Part shown: piece after piece, positions 1 to 14,741 of the stretch
Numbering within the stretch: position 1 is the stretch's first letter
Layout of the letters: every line of letters begins with the position of its first letter
NCBI RefSeq assembly: GCF_000026545.1
Contig: NC_011601.1
DNA length: 64,000 nt
Reading direction: 5' to 3' (one strand)
Source of the DNA: Escherichia coli O127:H6 str. E2348/69
GTDB lineage: Bacteria; Pseudomonadota; Gammaproteobacteria; Enterobacterales; Enterobacteriaceae
Notes under the pieces: generated by a model
The model's input: the letters and a program-made list of their open reading frames with translations, nothing else
The model's database searches: none
What the model was told of the DNA's origin: nothing
Made by a program: the position numbers and the translations under genes

Positions 1-929
1 TCGCCTGTTTCTCGGCATTTTTCTTCTGCATCTCCAGTTCATAAAGCTTCGCTTTCATCTGCTTCATGGCCTGGTCTTTGTTCTTGTGCTGGGAACGGTC
101 GTTCTGGCACTGAGTCACGATCCCGGTCGGGATGTGAGTAATACGCACCGCAGATTCGGTACGGTTAACGTGCTGACCGCCCGCGCCGGATGCGCGATAA
201 ACGTCGATGCGCAGATCCGCCGGATTGATTTCGATATCGATATCATCATCAACTTCCGGGTAAACAAACGCGGAGCTGAACGACGTGTGGCGACGACCGC
301 CGGAGTCAAACGGGCTCTTACGCACCAGGCGGTGAACGCCGGTTTCTGTACGCAGCCAGCCATAAGCGTAATCGCCGGAGATTTTGATCGTCACGGATTT
401 AATACCCGCCACTTCACCTTCCGACTCTTCGATGATTTCAGTTTTGAAACCACGCGATTCAGCCCAGCGCAGATACATACGCTCAAGCATGCTCGCCCAG
501 TCCTGTGCTTCCGTACCGCCAGACCCCGCCTGAATATCGAGGTAGCAGTCGGCGCTGTCATATTCGCCAGAGAACATACGGCGGAACTCAAGCTGCGCCA
601 GTTTTTCTTCCAGGGCGTCGAGTTCAGCAACGGCTTCGTTAAAGGTTTCTTCGTCGTCAGCTTCTACAGCCAGTTCCAGCAGACCAGAAACATCTTCCAG
701 CCCCTGTTTCATTTGGTCGAGGGTGTCGACAACGGCTTCGAGGGAGGAACGCTCTTTACCCAGCGCCTGTGCACGTTCGGGTTCGTTCCAGACATCCGGC
801 TGTTCCAGCTCGGCGTTTACTTCTTCCAGACGCTCTTTCTTGGCGTCATAGTCAAAGATACCCCCTAAGAACGTCGGAGCGTTCCGTGAGGTCCTGAATG
901 CGATTATTTACCGGATTAATTTCAAACAT
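1..929 (-). CDS. prfB: peptide chain release factor 2, partial (3' end lies beyond window start); two-frame gene with programmed +1 frameshift
   Basis: Reverse-complement translation from ATG at 929 gives [25 protein letters not shown] then in-frame TGA; the +1 frame continues with RF2 motifs ([39 protein letters not shown]). Not in the ORF track because it runs off the window edge. Confidence 0.9.
852..866 (-). other. prfB: programmed +1 ribosomal frameshift site (CTT TGA C) with upstream Shine-Dalgarno-like AGGGGG
   Basis: Minus-strand sequence AGGGGGTATCTTTGAC read directly; classic RF2 autoregulatory site. Confidence 0.85.
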
Positions 930-1019
930 GGTCTGATTTCTTTTATTGAGCTAGTCAAAATGCGGTGATAAGAGCGGGATTGTACCCAATCCACGCTCTT
1001 TTTTATAGAGAAGATGACG

Positions 1020-2753
1020 CTAAATTGGCCAGATATTGTCGATGATAATTTGCAGGCTGCGGTTGCCGCGAAACTCGTTGATATCGAGCTTGTAAGCCAG
1101 TTGCACTTCGCGCACACCGTTATCCGGCCAGAGGGCGGTATCGACATTAAAAGCAATCCCGTCCAGCAGCGGACCGCCGCCGACCGGTTCGACCATCACC
1201 TTCAAATGACGCTCGCCCACCAGCCGCTGTTGCAACAGACGGAAATGACCGTCAAACAACGGTTCCGGGAACATTTGTCCCCACGGGCCAGCATCACGCA
1301 ACAGCTGCGCCACTTCCATGGTCATCTCTGCCGCACTTAATGGGCCGTCTGATACCACTTCCCCTTGCAATAAAGAAGGATCTAACCACTCGGTAACCAG
1401 TTCGCCAAAGCGTTGCTGAAAGAGTTCGAATTTATCCTCTTCCAGCGACAATCCTGCCGCCATCGCATGGCCGCCAAACTTGAGCATCATGCCGGGGTAA
1501 AGCGTGTCTAGCCGCTCCAGCGCATCGCGCATATGCAGCCCCTGAATGGAGCGACCGGAACCTTTCAGCGTACCGTCGCCCGCAGGCGCAAAGGCGATAA
1601 CCGGACGGTGAAAACGCTCTTTGATACGCGATGCCAGAATGCCAACAACGCCCTGATGCCATTCAGGGTGATACATTGCCAGCCCACCTGGCAGCGTGTC
1701 GCGGCTACGTTCCAGCTTCTCGCACAGAGTGAGCGCTTCAACCTGCATTCCCTGTTCGATCTCTTTACGTGTTTGGTTTAGTGCATCGAGTTCATTCGCC
1801 AGCACACGCGCTTCGCCAATGTTGTCACACAACAACAGCGCCACGCCAACGGACATATCGTCCAGTCGCCCGGCAGCATTGAGACGTGGCCCCAGCGCAA
1901 AACCTAAATCGCTGGCGGCGAGTTTTTGTGGATCGCGATTGGCCACTTCCAGCAGCGCTTTAATCCCCGGACGGCACTTTCCGGCACGGATGCGACTCAT
2001 CCCCTGCCAGGTCAGAATGCGATTATTAGCGTCCAGCGGCACGACGTCCGCCACTGTCCCCAACGCGACCAGATCCAGCAGTTCTGCCAGATTAGGAATT
2101 GCGATGCCGCGCTCATCAAACCAGCCCTGATCGCGCAAAAAGGTGCGCAGCGCCAGCATCAGATAAAACGCCACACCCACGCCTGCCAGTGATTTCGACG
2201 GGAAATTACAGTCGCGCAAGTTAGGGTTAATGATCGCTTCCGCTGCGGGTAATGTGTCGCCTGGCAAATGGTGATCGGTAACAATAACCGGAATGCCCAA
2301 CGAACGAGCGTGTTCAACCCCCGCATGGGAGGAAATACCGTTATCCACCGTGACAATTAACTGCGCGCCACGGGCATGAGCCTGATCGACTACTTCCGGG
2401 CTTAAGCCGTAACCGTCTTCGAAACGGTTTGGAACCAGGTAGTCGATATTGCTGCAACCAAGCGAGCGCATCGCCAGCACGCTTAGAGCCGTGCTGGTGG
2501 CACCGTCGGCGTCGAAATCACCGACCACAATAATCCGCGTTCCTTCGCGAAAAGCGTTGTAAAGGATCTCAACGGCCTTTTCGACGCCGCTCAGTTGCTG
2601 CCAGGGCAGCATGCCTTTAACACTGCGTTCCAGTTCCTGCGCGCTACGCACACCCCGGCTGGCATATAAACGGCGCAGCAAGGGAGGCAATTCAGCGGGC
2701 AAGTCGGCCGTTTCATCGACTTCACGGCGACGAAGTTGTATCTGTTGTTTCAC
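1020..2753 (-). CDS. recJ: single-stranded-DNA-specific exonuclease RecJ
   Basis: 577-aa ORF with DHH/DHHA1 phosphoesterase motifs; synteny with prfB and dsbC. Confidence 0.93.
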   Translation of the reverse strand: MKQQIQLRRREVDETADLPAELPPLLRRLYASRGVRSAQELERSVKGMLPWQQLSGVEKAVEILYNAFREGTRIIVVGDFDADGATSTALSVLAMRSLGCSNIDYLVPNRFEDGYGLSPEVVDQAHARGAQLIVTVDNGISSHAGVEHARSLGIPVIVTDHHLPGDTLPAAEAIINPNLRDCNFPSKSLAGVGVAFYLMLALRTFLRDQGWFDERGIAIPNLAELLDLVALGTVADVVPLDANNRILTWQGMSRIRAGKCRPGIKALLEVANRDPQKLAASDLGFALGPRLNAAGRLDDMSVGVALLLCDNIGEARVLANELDALNQTRKEIEQGMQVEALTLCEKLERSRDTLPGGLAMYHPEWHQGVVGILASRIKERFHRPVIAFAPAGDGTLKGSGRSIQGLHMRDALERLDTLYPGMMLKFGGHAMAAGLSLEEDKFELFQQRFGELVTEWLDPSLLQGEVVSDGPLSAAEMTMEVAQLLRDAGPWGQMFPEPLFDGHFRLLQQRLVGERHLKVMVEPVGGGPLLDGIAFNVDTALWPDNGVREVQLAYKLDINEFRGNRSLQIIIDNIWPI

Positions 2754-2758
2754 GCGAA

Positions 2759-3469
2759 TTATTTACCGCTGGTCATTTTTTGGTGTTCGTCGAGGAATTC
2801 TTTCATGTCTTTCGGCGGCTGGTAACCTGGAACAAGTGTGCCATTGCTCAGCACAACTGCCGGAGTACCGCTAACGCCAAGCTGGACGCCAAGTGCGTAA
2901 TGGTCGGCAATATCCACGTCGCAGCTGGCTGGTGCGACGCTTTTACCTGCCATCACATCATCAAAGGCTTTGTTTTTATCTTTCGCGCACCAGATAGCTT
3001 TCATTTCTTTCTCTGCATCGCTGTCCAGCCCCTGGCGCGGGAAAGCAAGATAACGCACGGTGATCCCCAGCGCGTTATAGTCTGCCATTTGCTCATGCAG
3101 TTTGTGGCAGTAACCACAGGTAATATCAGTAAACACGGTGATGACGTGTTTTTCCTGCGGCGCTTTATAAACGATCATCTCTTTTTCAAGCGCATTCAAC
3201 TGCTTTAACAGCATCTTATTGGTGACATTGACCGGAGCCGTGCCACTAACGTCATACATTGGCCCCTGAATGATATGTTTACCATCATCGGTGATGTACA
3301 ACACACCGCTGTTAGTCAGAACTGTCTTCATGCCAGCTACGGGCGCGGGCTGAATATCGCTGCTTTTGATGCCCATTTTGGCTAACGTTTGTTGAATTGC
3401 CGCGTCATCAGCCTGAGCAAAGCCTGAAAACGCCGCTAACAAAGTAAACAACATAAAACCTTTCTTCAT
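2759..3469 (-). CDS. dsbC: periplasmic disulfide isomerase DsbC
   Basis: 236-aa ORF with signal peptide and thioredoxin-like CGYC active site. Confidence 0.93.
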   Translation of the reverse strand: MKKGFMLFTLLAAFSGFAQADDAAIQQTLAKMGIKSSDIQPAPVAGMKTVLTNSGVLYITDDGKHIIQGPMYDVSGTAPVNVTNKMLLKQLNALEKEMIVYKAPQEKHVITVFTDITCGYCHKLHEQMADYNALGITVRYLAFPRQGLDSDAEKEMKAIWCAKDKNKAFDDVMAGKSVAPASCDVDIADHYALGVQLGVSGTPAVVLSNGTLVPGYQPPKDMKEFLDEHQKMTSGK

Positions 3470-3493
3470 AAATCTTCCCGTTCTTTTCAGACA

Positions 3494-4390
3494 TCACGCC
3501 CGCGGGTGATGCTGTTGATGAAGTTGCCGCAGACGCTCGGTAGCGACATGCGTATAAATTTGCGTGGTGGAGAGATCACTGTGGCCCAGTAGCATCTGCA
3601 CCACGCGTAAATCCGCACCATGATTTAATAAGTGAGTGGCAAAAGCGTGACGCAACACATGCGGTGACAGCTTTTCGCTGTCGATACCCGCCAGCACGGC
3701 ATAATGTTTAATGCGGTGCCAGAAGGTCTGTCGCGTCATCTGCTGCGCACGCTGGCTGGGAAACAACACGTCAATTGACACACCATTCAACAGCCACGGA
3801 CGCCCATGTTCCAGATAGGTTTCCAGCCAGTAAACCGCCTCTTCACCTAACGGCACCAGGCGCTCTTTGTTGCCTTTACCAATGACCCGCACTACGCCCT
3901 GACGCAGGCTGATATCACTCATTGTCAGCCCGACCAGTTCAGAGACACGCAGTCCGGTAGCATACAACACTTCAAGCATGGCTTTATCGCGTAGCTCCAG
4001 TGGCTGATCAATTAATGGTGCCTGTAATAAACGTTCGACCTGCGCTTCGCTTAAATCTTTTGGCAAACGCTGGGGCAATTTCGGTGAAGCGAGATGCGCA
4101 CTGGGATCATCTTCACGAAACTTTTCGCGATAAAGATACTGGAACAATCGGCGCACTGCACTCAGCAAACGCGCTGAGCTGGTGGCTTTATACCCGCCCT
4201 CCAGCCGTTCTGCCAGTAATGCCTGCAAATCGTCACTTTGCGCCGTCGCCAGCGTCAACCCGCGGTGATGCAACCACTCCACCATCATTGACAGATCGCG
4301 ACGGTAAGCGTTCAACGTATTTTCAGCCAGATTTTTTTCCAGCCACAGAGCATCAAGAAACTGCTCGATGCGTGCCAGATCCTGTTTCAC
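3494..4390 (-). CDS. xerD: site-specific tyrosine recombinase XerD
   Basis: 298-aa ORF with C-terminal recombinase motifs (HxLRHAFATHLL, LGHSDLSTTQIYTH); housekeeping chromosome-dimer resolvase, not a mobile-element integrase. Confidence 0.93.
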   Translation of the reverse strand: MKQDLARIEQFLDALWLEKNLAENTLNAYRRDLSMMVEWLHHRGLTLATAQSDDLQALLAERLEGGYKATSSARLLSAVRRLFQYLYREKFREDDPSAHLASPKLPQRLPKDLSEAQVERLLQAPLIDQPLELRDKAMLEVLYATGLRVSELVGLTMSDISLRQGVVRVIGKGNKERLVPLGEEAVYWLETYLEHGRPWLLNGVSIDVLFPSQRAQQMTRQTFWHRIKHYAVLAGIDSEKLSPHVLRHAFATHLLNHGADLRVVQMLLGHSDLSTTQIYTHVATERLRQLHQQHHPRA

Positions 4391-4501
4391 TTGCGCCCCT
4401 TATGGTCACTCATTTGATCCATTATGCCTTATTGTGCCGTGACTAAAGCGATTCTGATACACTAGCCGCAAAAGCCACAGCAGAATCGAGAAGCTTACGT
4501 T

Positions 4502-5023
4502 ATGAATATGGGTCTTTTTTACGGTTCCAGCACCTGTTACACCGAAATGGCGGCAGAAAAAATCCGCGATATTATCGGCCCAGAACTGGTAACCTTACAT
4601 AACCTCAAGGACGACTCCCCGAAATTAATGGAGCAGTACGATGTGCTCATTCTGGGTATCCCGACCTGGGATTTTGGCGAAATCCAGGAAGACTGGGAAG
4701 CCGTCTGGGATCAGCTCGACGACCTGAACCTCGAAGGTAAAATTGTTGCGCTGTATGGGCTTGGCGATCAACTGGGATACGGCGAGTGGTTCCTCGATGC
4801 GCTCGGTATGCTGCATGACAAACTCTCGACCAAAGGCGTGAAGTTCGTCGGCTACTGGCCAACGGAAGGATATGAATTTACCAGCCCGAAACCGGTGATT
4901 GCTGACGGGCAACTGTTCGTGGGTCTGGCGCTGGATGAAACTAACCAGTATGACCTTAGCGACGAGCGTATTCAGAGCTGGTGCGAGCAAATCCTCAACG
5001 AAATGGCAGAGCATTACGCCTGA
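4502..5023 (+). CDS. fldB: flavodoxin 2
   Basis: 173-aa ORF with flavodoxin fold signature ([17 protein letters not shown]). Confidence 0.9.
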
Positions 5024-5062
5024 TGTCACTGACGGCTTAGCACATATGCTTTGCCGTCATCT

Positions 5063-5729
<667 letters not shown>

Positions 5730-5959
5730 TCACGAAAATCCAGTACCCGGCTATTGTAACGTGTTTTTCGACTTCTTTTACGGGAATATCAGTAAACACA
5801 ATCGCGATCGCGAAATTAATTCACAACAATTCAAGGGCTTCATTTTTTTGGAAGTCGCCTCGCAGAAGGCACAGATCGCGTAGTGAAAGCACTTGCATTG
5901 CCTCATAGCTCTTTTACCATTAGTTATTAATACGCCGTTAAGCAACTCAGGACTCTATT

Positions 5960-6940
5960 ATGGCTTTTACACCTTTTCCTCCCCGTCAGCCTACGGCTTC
6001 TGCCCGTTTGCCACTGACGCTGATGACGCTTGATGACTGGGCGCTTGCCACTATTACTGGCGCGGACAGCGAAAAATATATGCAAGGCCAGGTGACAGCA
6101 GATGTCAGCCAGATGACTGAAGATCAGCACCTGCTCGCCGCCCATTGCGACGCCAAAGGTAAAATGTGGAGCAATTTACGTCTGTTCCGCGACGGCGATG
6201 GCTTTGCATGGATTGAACGGCGCAGCGTGCGTGAACCGCAGCTGACTGAACTGAAAAAATATGCGGTGTTCTCTAAAGTGACCATCGCGCCAGACGACGA
6301 GCGTGTGCTGCTTGGTGTTGCCGGTTTTCAGGCGCGCGCCGCGTTGGCAAATCTCTTTAGTGAACTACCTTCGAGAGAAAAACAGGTAGTCAAAGAAGGC
6401 GCGACCACGTTGCTATGGTTTGAACACCCGGCAGAACGTTTCCTGATCGTAATCGATGAAGCTACTGCCAATATGCTGACCGATAAACTGCGCGGTGAAG
6501 CGGAACTGAACAATAGCCAACAGTGGCTGGCATTAAACATTGAAGCGGGTTTTCCGGTGATTGATGCCGCCAACAGCGGGCAGTTTATCCCCCAGGCGAC
6601 CAACCTCCAGGCGCTGGGCGGTATCAGCTTTAAGAAAGGCTGCTATACCGGACAAGAGATGGTGGCGCGAGCAAAATTCCGTGGTGCCAACAAACGCGCG
6701 CTCTGGTTGCTGAAGGGTAGCGCCAGCCGACTGCCGGAAGCTGGTGAAGACTTAGAGCTGAAAATGGGCGAGAACTGGCGTCGTACCGGTACGGTGCTGG
6801 CTGCGGTCAAACTGGAAGATGGTCAGGTTGTGGTGCAGGTTGTCATGAATAACGATATGGAACCGGACAGCATCTTCCGCGTGCGTGACGATGCGAATAC
6901 ATTGCGTATCGAGCCACTGCCATATTCGCTGGAAGAGTAA
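5960..6940 (+). CDS. ygfZ: tRNA-modifying folate-binding protein YgfZ
   Basis: 326-aa ORF with GcvT-like fold and conserved C-terminal KGCYTGQE motif. Confidence 0.9.
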   Translation: MAFTPFPPRQPTASARLPLTLMTLDDWALATITGADSEKYMQGQVTADVSQMTEDQHLLAAHCDAKGKMWSNLRLFRDGDGFAWIERRSVREPQLTELKKYAVFSKVTIAPDDERVLLGVAGFQARAALANLFSELPSREKQVVKEGATTLLWFEHPAERFLIVIDEATANMLTDKLRGEAELNNSQQWLALNIEAGFPVIDAANSGQFIPQATNLQALGGISFKKGCYTGQEMVARAKFRGANKRALWLLKGSASRLPEAGEDLELKMGENWRRTGTVLAAVKLEDGQVVVQVVMNNDMEPDSIFRVRDDANTLRIEPLPYSLEE

Positions 6941-7016
6941 ATCTCTGTATCGCATCAGGCATTTATCGCCTGATGCGACACTGGTGTGTCTTTTCGGGCC
7001 TACAAAGGCACGCCAA

Positions 7017-7679
<663 letters not shown>

Positions 7680-7839
7680 TTACTCCGGAAAAACGTACAC
7701 GCACATGTATACCTCTCCAGCGTAACTGAGAATAGTTCCAGTGAACACCTGTTAGCTAAAATAAATTCTGATTTGAGATTAATCTCCGAAAAATCATGAA
7801 ATTAAATGCGAAATTTCAACTAACAGGCGTGAGTTCAAT

Positions 7840-8151
7840 TTAAAGGCATTTAAATTCAATCACATAAAACTGTGTCTGGTCGGGATAGATGTCGGCAATG
7901 ACCTTTTTCAGTTCAGTCAGGGTCATATTTTCCTGCTTTGCATGTTTTTCCGTCAGCGTATCCAGTGTTACGGTTGAGGTTGCGGTGACTTCAATCGTGC
8001 AAAAATAACCGTCATCTTCAAACCGTCCGACACGAAGCACATCACCCGTTTTGAAGTGCGATTCAGACTCGTCGCGGATGGTGATGGTTTTACGCCCAGC
8101 CAGAATGTCATCCTGGAAACGTTGAAAAAAAGTGATGTCGTTTGGCTGCAT
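7840..8151 (-). CDS. yqfB: ASCH-domain protein YqfB
   Basis: 103-aa ORF; ASCH/PUA-like fold; position conserved next to bglA. Confidence 0.8.
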   Translation of the reverse strand: MQPNDITFFQRFQDDILAGRKTITIRDESESHFKTGDVLRVGRFEDDGYFCTIEVTATSTVTLDTLTEKHAKQENMTLTELKKVIADIYPDQTQFYVIEFKCL

Positions 8152-8168
8152 GGTAATATTTCCTGTAA

Positions 8169-9629
<1,461 letters not shown>

Positions 9630-9750
9630 TTAGCCGATGTGCCTGATGTGCTCCGCTCATCAGGCCTGGCACTCTTTTAATATATTGAGCTCGCAATATT
9701 TTATATTACGCCTCAGCCGACACACACAAAGCGCACTTTATTAACAAGCG

Positions 9751-9774
9751 AAAAAGGCGCCGAAGCGCCTTTAT
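9751..9774. terminator. bidirectional rho-independent terminator between convergent bglA and gcvP
   Basis: AAAAAGGCGCCGAAGCGCCTTTAT: GC hairpin flanked by an A-tract and a T-tract. Confidence 0.7.
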
Positions 9775-9794
9775 AAGATAGTCGAATCAGTAAA

Positions 9795-12668
9795 TTACTG
9801 GTATTCGCTAATCGGTACGCAGGAGCAGAACAGGTTACGGTCGCCGTAAACATCATCCAGACGTTTCACGGTCGGCCAGTATTTGTCTGCCACACCTGCC
9901 GGGAATACTGCAACTTCACGGCTGTACGGATGCGCCCACTCGGCGACCAGTTCGCTTTGAATGTGCGGCGCATTCACCAGCGGGTTATCTTCCAGCGGCC
10001 AGACACCGGCTTTCACCTGGTCAATTTCTGCGCGGATAGCCAGCATCGCATCGATAAAGCGATCCAGTTCCACTTTGCTTTCAGATTCAGTCGGTTCAAC
10101 CATCAGCGTACCCGCCACCGGGAACGACATGGTCGGCGCGTGGAAACCGTAGTCGATCAGGCGCTTGGCAATATCCAGCTCGCTGATGCCGGTTTCTTCT
10201 TTCAGCGGGCGAATATCGAGAATACATTCGTGCGCCACGCGACCGTCGCGACCGGTATACAGCACCGGGAAGGCATCCTGCAGACGGCTGGCAATATAGT
10301 TGGCGTTAAGAATTGCCACCTGGCTTGCTTTTTTCAGCCCTTCTGCGCCCATCATGCGGATGTACATCCAGCTGATTGGCAGGATAGAGGCACTACCGAA
10401 CGGTGCCGCAGAAACCGCGCCCTGACGGGTTAACATGCCTTCGATTTGCACCACGCTATGACCCGGTACAAACGGAGCCAGATGCGCTTTCACACCGATC
10501 GGTCCCATACCCGGACCACCACCGCCATGCGGAATGCAGAAAGTTTTATGCAGGTTAAGGTGGGAAACGTCCGCACCAATAAAGCCCGGCGAGGTGATGC
10601 CAACCTGAGCGTTCATGTTCGCGCCATCAAGGTAAACCTGACCGCCGAACTGATGCACGACTTCACACACTTCACGGATCGTTTCTTCATACACGCCGTG
10701 GGTAGAAGGATAGGTCACCATGATACAGGAGAGGTTATCGCCCGCCTGTTCCGCTTTCGCGCGCAGATCAGTCAGATCGATGTTGCCATTTTTATCACAC
10801 GCCACAACCACCACCTGCATTCCTGCCATATGCGCGGAAGCCGGGTTAGTGCCGTGCGCAGAAGCCGGGATCAGGCAGATATCGCGATGCCCTTCGTTGC
10901 GGCTTTCATGATAATGACGAATCGCCAGCAGGCCCGCGTATTCGCCCTGTGCGCCAGAGTTCGGCTGCATACAAACGGCGTCGTAACCGGTCAGTTTCAC
11001 CAGCCAGTCAGCCAGCTGCGCGATCATCTGCTGATAACCTTCAGCCTGTTCTGGCGGGCAGAACGGGTGCAGTTCGGCAAATTCCGGCCAGGTGATCGGG
11101 ATCATCTCGGCGGCGGCGTTCAGTTTCATGGTGCAGGAACCCAGCGGGATCATCGCCTGATTCAGCGCCAGATCTTTACGCTCCAGCGAGTGCATATAGC
11201 GCATCATTTCGGTTTCGCTGTGGTAGCGATTAAACACCGGATGGGTGAGGATTTCGTCGTCGCGCAGCATCGCAGCCTGAATAGAGCGACTGTCGTGAGC
11301 CACGTCTTTGTCCAGTGTGTCGATGTCCAGCCCGTGGTTATCGCCCAACAGCACGCTGAAAAGCTGCATCACGTTTTCGCGCGTGGTTGTTTCATCAAGG
11401 GTGATCCCAACCGCGTTCAGAATATCGCTACGCAGGTTGATTTCAGCCGCTTCGGCACGCGCCAGCACGCCCGCTTTGTCGGCCACTTCCACACACAAAG
11501 TATCGAAATAGTGCGCATGGCGCAGCTTCAGACCTTTTTGTTGCAGGCCCGCCGCCAGGATATCGGTCAGACGGTGGATGCGGTTAGCGATACGTTTCAG
11601 GCCAACCGGACCGTGATAAACGGCATACAGGCTGGCAATGTTTGCCAGCAGTACCTGGGAAGTACAAATGTTGGAGTTCGCTTTCTCACGACGAATATGT
11701 TGCTCGCGAGTCTGCATCGCCATGCGCAGAGCGGTGTTGCCAGCTGCATCTTTCGATACACCGATAATACGGCCCGGCATTGAGCGTTTGTATTCATCTT
11801 TCGCCGCAAAGAATGCCGCGTGTGGGCCACCATAGCCCATCGGCACGCCGAAGCGTTGCGCCGAACCAAAAACAATATCCGCGCCCTGTTTACCTGGCGC
11901 AGTTAACAGCACCAGCGCCATAATATCGGCGGCAACGCTGACCACAATTTTGCGTGATTTCAGTTCGCTAATAAGCGCAGTGTAGTCGTGAATTTCACCA
12001 GTAGTGCCGACCTGCTGTAACAGCACGCCGAAGACGTCCTGATGGTCGAGCACTTTTTGCGCGTCATCGACAATCACTTCAAAACCAAAGGTTTCGGCAC
12101 GAGTACGGACCACATCCAGCGTTTGCGGATGAACGTCAGAAGCAACAAAGAAGCGGTTGGCATTTTTCAGTTTGCTGACGCGTTTCGCCATCGCCATTGC
12201 TTCGGCGGCAGCGGTGGCTTCGTCAAGAAGAGAAGCAGAGGCCATATCCAGCCCGGTTAAATCCAGCGTTACCTGCTGGAAGTTGAGCAGTGCTTCAAGG
12301 CGGCCCTGGGAGACTTCAGGTTGATACGGAGTATACGCGGTATACCAGCCCGGATTTTCCAGCATGTTACGCAGGATAACCGGCGGTAGCTGCACGGCGG
12401 TGTAACCCATGCCGATGTAAGACGTGAAGCGTTTATTGCGACTGGCAATAGCCTTGAGTTCTGCCAGTGCGGCGTATTCGGTCGCCGGTGCGCCAACCTG
12501 CGGTGGTGTCGCAAGCTGAATATCTTTCGGCACAATCTGGCCGGTCAGCGCGTTTAACGATTGTGCACCAACGGCATTCAGCATTTCTTGCTGTTGCGCG
12601 GCGTCCGGTCCGATATGGCGTTCAATAAAAGCGCCGCTGTTTTCAAGCTGGCTTAACGTCTGTGTCAT
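9795..12668 (-). CDS. gcvP: glycine dehydrogenase (decarboxylating), glycine cleavage P protein
   Basis: 957-aa ORF with PLP-dependent GcvP motifs; gcvT-gcvH-gcvP operon order. Confidence 0.95.
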   Translation of the reverse strand: MTQTLSQLENSGAFIERHIGPDAAQQQEMLNAVGAQSLNALTGQIVPKDIQLATPPQVGAPATEYAALAELKAIASRNKRFTSYIGMGYTAVQLPPVILRNMLENPGWYTAYTPYQPEVSQGRLEALLNFQQVTLDLTGLDMASASLLDEATAAAEAMAMAKRVSKLKNANRFFVASDVHPQTLDVVRTRAETFGFEVIVDDAQKVLDHQDVFGVLLQQVGTTGEIHDYTALISELKSRKIVVSVAADIMALVLLTAPGKQGADIVFGSAQRFGVPMGYGGPHAAFFAAKDEYKRSMPGRIIGVSKDAAGNTALRMAMQTREQHIRREKANSNICTSQVLLANIASLYAVYHGPVGLKRIANRIHRLTDILAAGLQQKGLKLRHAHYFDTLCVEVADKAGVLARAEAAEINLRSDILNAVGITLDETTTRENVMQLFSVLLGDNHGLDIDTLDKDVAHDSRSIQAAMLRDDEILTHPVFNRYHSETEMMRYMHSLERKDLALNQAMIPLGSCTMKLNAAAEMIPITWPEFAELHPFCPPEQAEGYQQMIAQLADWLVKLTGYDAVCMQPNSGAQGEYAGLLAIRHYHESRNEGHRDICLIPASAHGTNPASAHMAGMQVVVVACDKNGNIDLTDLRAKAEQAGDNLSCIMVTYPSTHGVYEETIREVCEVVHQFGGQVYLDGANMNAQVGITSPGFIGADVSHLNLHKTFCIPHGGGGPGMGPIGVKAHLAPFVPGHSVVQIEGMLTRQGAVSAAPFGSASILPISWMYIRMMGAEGLKKASQVAILNANYIASRLQDAFPVLYTGRDGRVAHECILDIRPLKEETGISELDIAKRLIDYGFHAPTMSFPVAGTLMVEPTESESKVELDRFIDAMLAIRAEIDQVKAGVWPLEDNPLVNAPHIQSELVAEWAHPYSREVAVFPAGVADKYWPTVKRLDDVYGDRNLFCSCVPISEYQ

Positions 12669-12786
12669 GAGCGATGGTTCCTGAAACGTGCAGTGAATTG
12701 TGAACCTCTCTCCTTACGAAGAGAGTGAGGGTGAGACGTAAATGTTCCTCACCCTGATCCTCTCCCGCAGAAGAGGAATAAAGCCG

Positions 12787-13176
12787 TTACTCGTCTTCTA
12801 ACAATGCTTCGTATGCGGTTGCATCCAGCAGTGATTCCAGTTCGCTTTCATCGCTGGCTTTGATTTTGAAAATCCAGCCGCCTGCATACGGTTCGCTGTT
12901 CACCAGTTCCGGGGAATCGCTCAGTGCATCGTTTACCGCCACGATTTCACCGCTTACTGGCGCATAAATGTCTGACGCCGCTTTTACCGATTCGGCAACC
13001 GCGCAGTCATCGCCCGCGCTAACCGTTGCGCCCACTTCCGGTAGGTCAACAAACACCATATCGCCTAACAGCTCCTGAGCGTGTTCGGTGATGCCAACGG
13101 TGTAAGTGCCGTAGGCTTCTTTACGCAGCCATTCGTGTTCTTTGCTGTATTTCAGTTCTGCTGGTACGTTGCTCAT
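12787..13176 (-). CDS. gcvH: glycine cleavage system H protein (lipoyl carrier)
   Basis: 129 aa from the second Met; lipoyl-lysine motif region ([18 protein letters not shown]). Confidence 0.93.
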   Translation of the reverse strand: MSNVPAELKYSKEHEWLRKEAYGTYTVGITEHAQELLGDMVFVDLPEVGATVSAGDDCAVAESVKAASDIYAPVSGEIVAVNDALSDSPELVNSEPYAGGWIFKIKASDESELESLLDATAYEALLEDE

Positions 13177-13199
13177 CAATCAATCTCCAAAAAAGTAAA

Positions 13200-14294
13200 T
13201 CACGCGACGGCTTTGCCGTTACGCACAAAAACAGGTTTCGTCACTTTAACCGGCATTTCACGGTTGCGAATTTGCACAATCGCCGTTTCACCAATACCTT
13301 CCGGCACGCGCGCCAGCGCAATGCTATAACCCAGCGTTGGGGAGAAAGTACCGCTGGTGATAATGCCTTCATGCTGGTTGCCCTGCGCATCAGTAAAACG
13401 TACCGGCAGTTCATTACGCAGCACGCCTTTTTCGGTCATCACCAGACCAACCAGTTTTTCTGTGCCATGTTCACGCTGCGCTTCCAGAGCTTCACGACCG
13501 ATAAAGTCACGATCTGCCGGTTCCCAGGCGATAGTCCAGCCCATATTGGCGGCTAAAGGAGAAATAGTTTCGTCCATCTCCTGGCTATACAAATTCATGC
13601 CCGCTTCCAGACGCAGCGTGTCACGCGCGCCCAAGCCACATGGCTTAACGCCAGCTTCCACCAGCGCGCGCCAGAAATCGGCCGCTTTTTCATTGGGCAG
13701 CGCAATTTCGTAGCCCGCTTCACCGGTGTAACCGGTGGTTGCAATAAACAGATCGCCCGCCTGCACGCCAAAGAACGGTTTCATCCCTTCCACCGCCTGA
13801 CGCTGGGCGTCATTAAACAGTGTGGCAGCTTTTGCCTGCGCATTCGGCCCTTGTACGGCGATCATGGAAAGGTCATCACGAACAGTAATTTCGATGCCGA
13901 AAGGTTCAGCGTGTTGGGTAATCCAGGAGAGGTCTTTTTCGCGGGTGGCGGAGTTAACAACGAGGCGGAAGAAATCTTCAGTAAAGTAGTAGACGATGAG
14001 ATCATCTATCACACCGCCAGAGGCATTCAACATCCCCGAGTAAAGGGCTTTGCCGCTTTTGGTGAGCTTCGCCACATCGTTCGCCAGCAGATAACGTAGA
14101 AACTCCCGGGTGCGGCTGCCGCGAAGATCGACGATGGTCATATGTGACACATCAAACATTCCGGCATCGGTACGTACCGCATGATGTTCGTCGATTTGCG
14201 AACCGTAATGCAGCGGCATCATCCAGCCGTGGAAATCCACCATGCGAGCGCCGCAAAGCGTGTGTTGTTCGTACAAAGGAGTCTGTTGTGCCAT
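13200..14294 (-). CDS. gcvT: aminomethyltransferase, glycine cleavage T protein
   Basis: Track ORF is extended upstream; Met at 14294 ([11 protein letters not shown]) gives 364 aa. Confidence 0.92.
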
Positions 14295-14741
14295 CTTGTC
14301 CTCATTGAATAAGCGGGGCTGACAACTTTTCCATGGCGAAATTATCACCACGAAACCCAGCATCGGAGCCACTCCCGGTCCCCAACGCAATCGTTCTCTT
14401 TTGCCTGAACTTACCACCGAAACAGACTGTTAACCATAAGGTAAAATTGATCATCACATTAGCTTATGGTTAAAAAATGCAAAAATCGCAACAGAATAAA
14501 AAACCAAAAAACACTCCTTTTTCTATAAAAAGATGATGTAATGAGAAAGTTAATTTGAATAAGACAATATTAAGCGCTAAAAAAATGTCAAAAAACACTA
14601 AATCAAAAACCCATAACATTAGAAAATATAATGCGAAAACGGAGGTTAAATTAGTTTATTTCAAATGAGGAAAATCCCCCGGCGAAAAAACCGGGAGATG
14701 AAAGTGTGATGGGTATCAAATAAACAGCAGAAGAGAAATAT
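14295..14741 (-). promoter_or_regulatory. long AT-rich gcvTHP control region, including a terminator-like hairpin downstream of ubiI
   Basis: About 450 bp noncoding, strongly AT-rich from about 14440 to 14700; hairpin CCCGGCGAAAAAACCGGG near 14676-14700. Individual regulator binding sites not resolved by eye. Confidence 0.4.

Noticed and set aside
86-868. 260-aa plus-strand ORF in the track
   Set aside because: It is antisense to prfB, whose two-frame minus-strand coding sequence accounts for this region; it has no independent start context and no domain-like features.
3494-4390. Tyrosine recombinase as a possible integrase marking a mobile element
   Set aside because: It is the housekeeping XerD in its conserved recJ-dsbC-xerD-fldB context, with no flanking att repeats, tRNA, or phage or transposon genes.
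10446-11783. 445-aa plus-strand ORF
   Set aside because: Antisense to gcvP, with a His/Arg-rich low-complexity translation typical of antisense frames.
14295-14741. Glycine riboswitch upstream of gcvT
   Set aside because: I could not recognise the tandem aptamer consensus in the leader; the AT-rich region is more consistent with the protein-regulated gcv control region.
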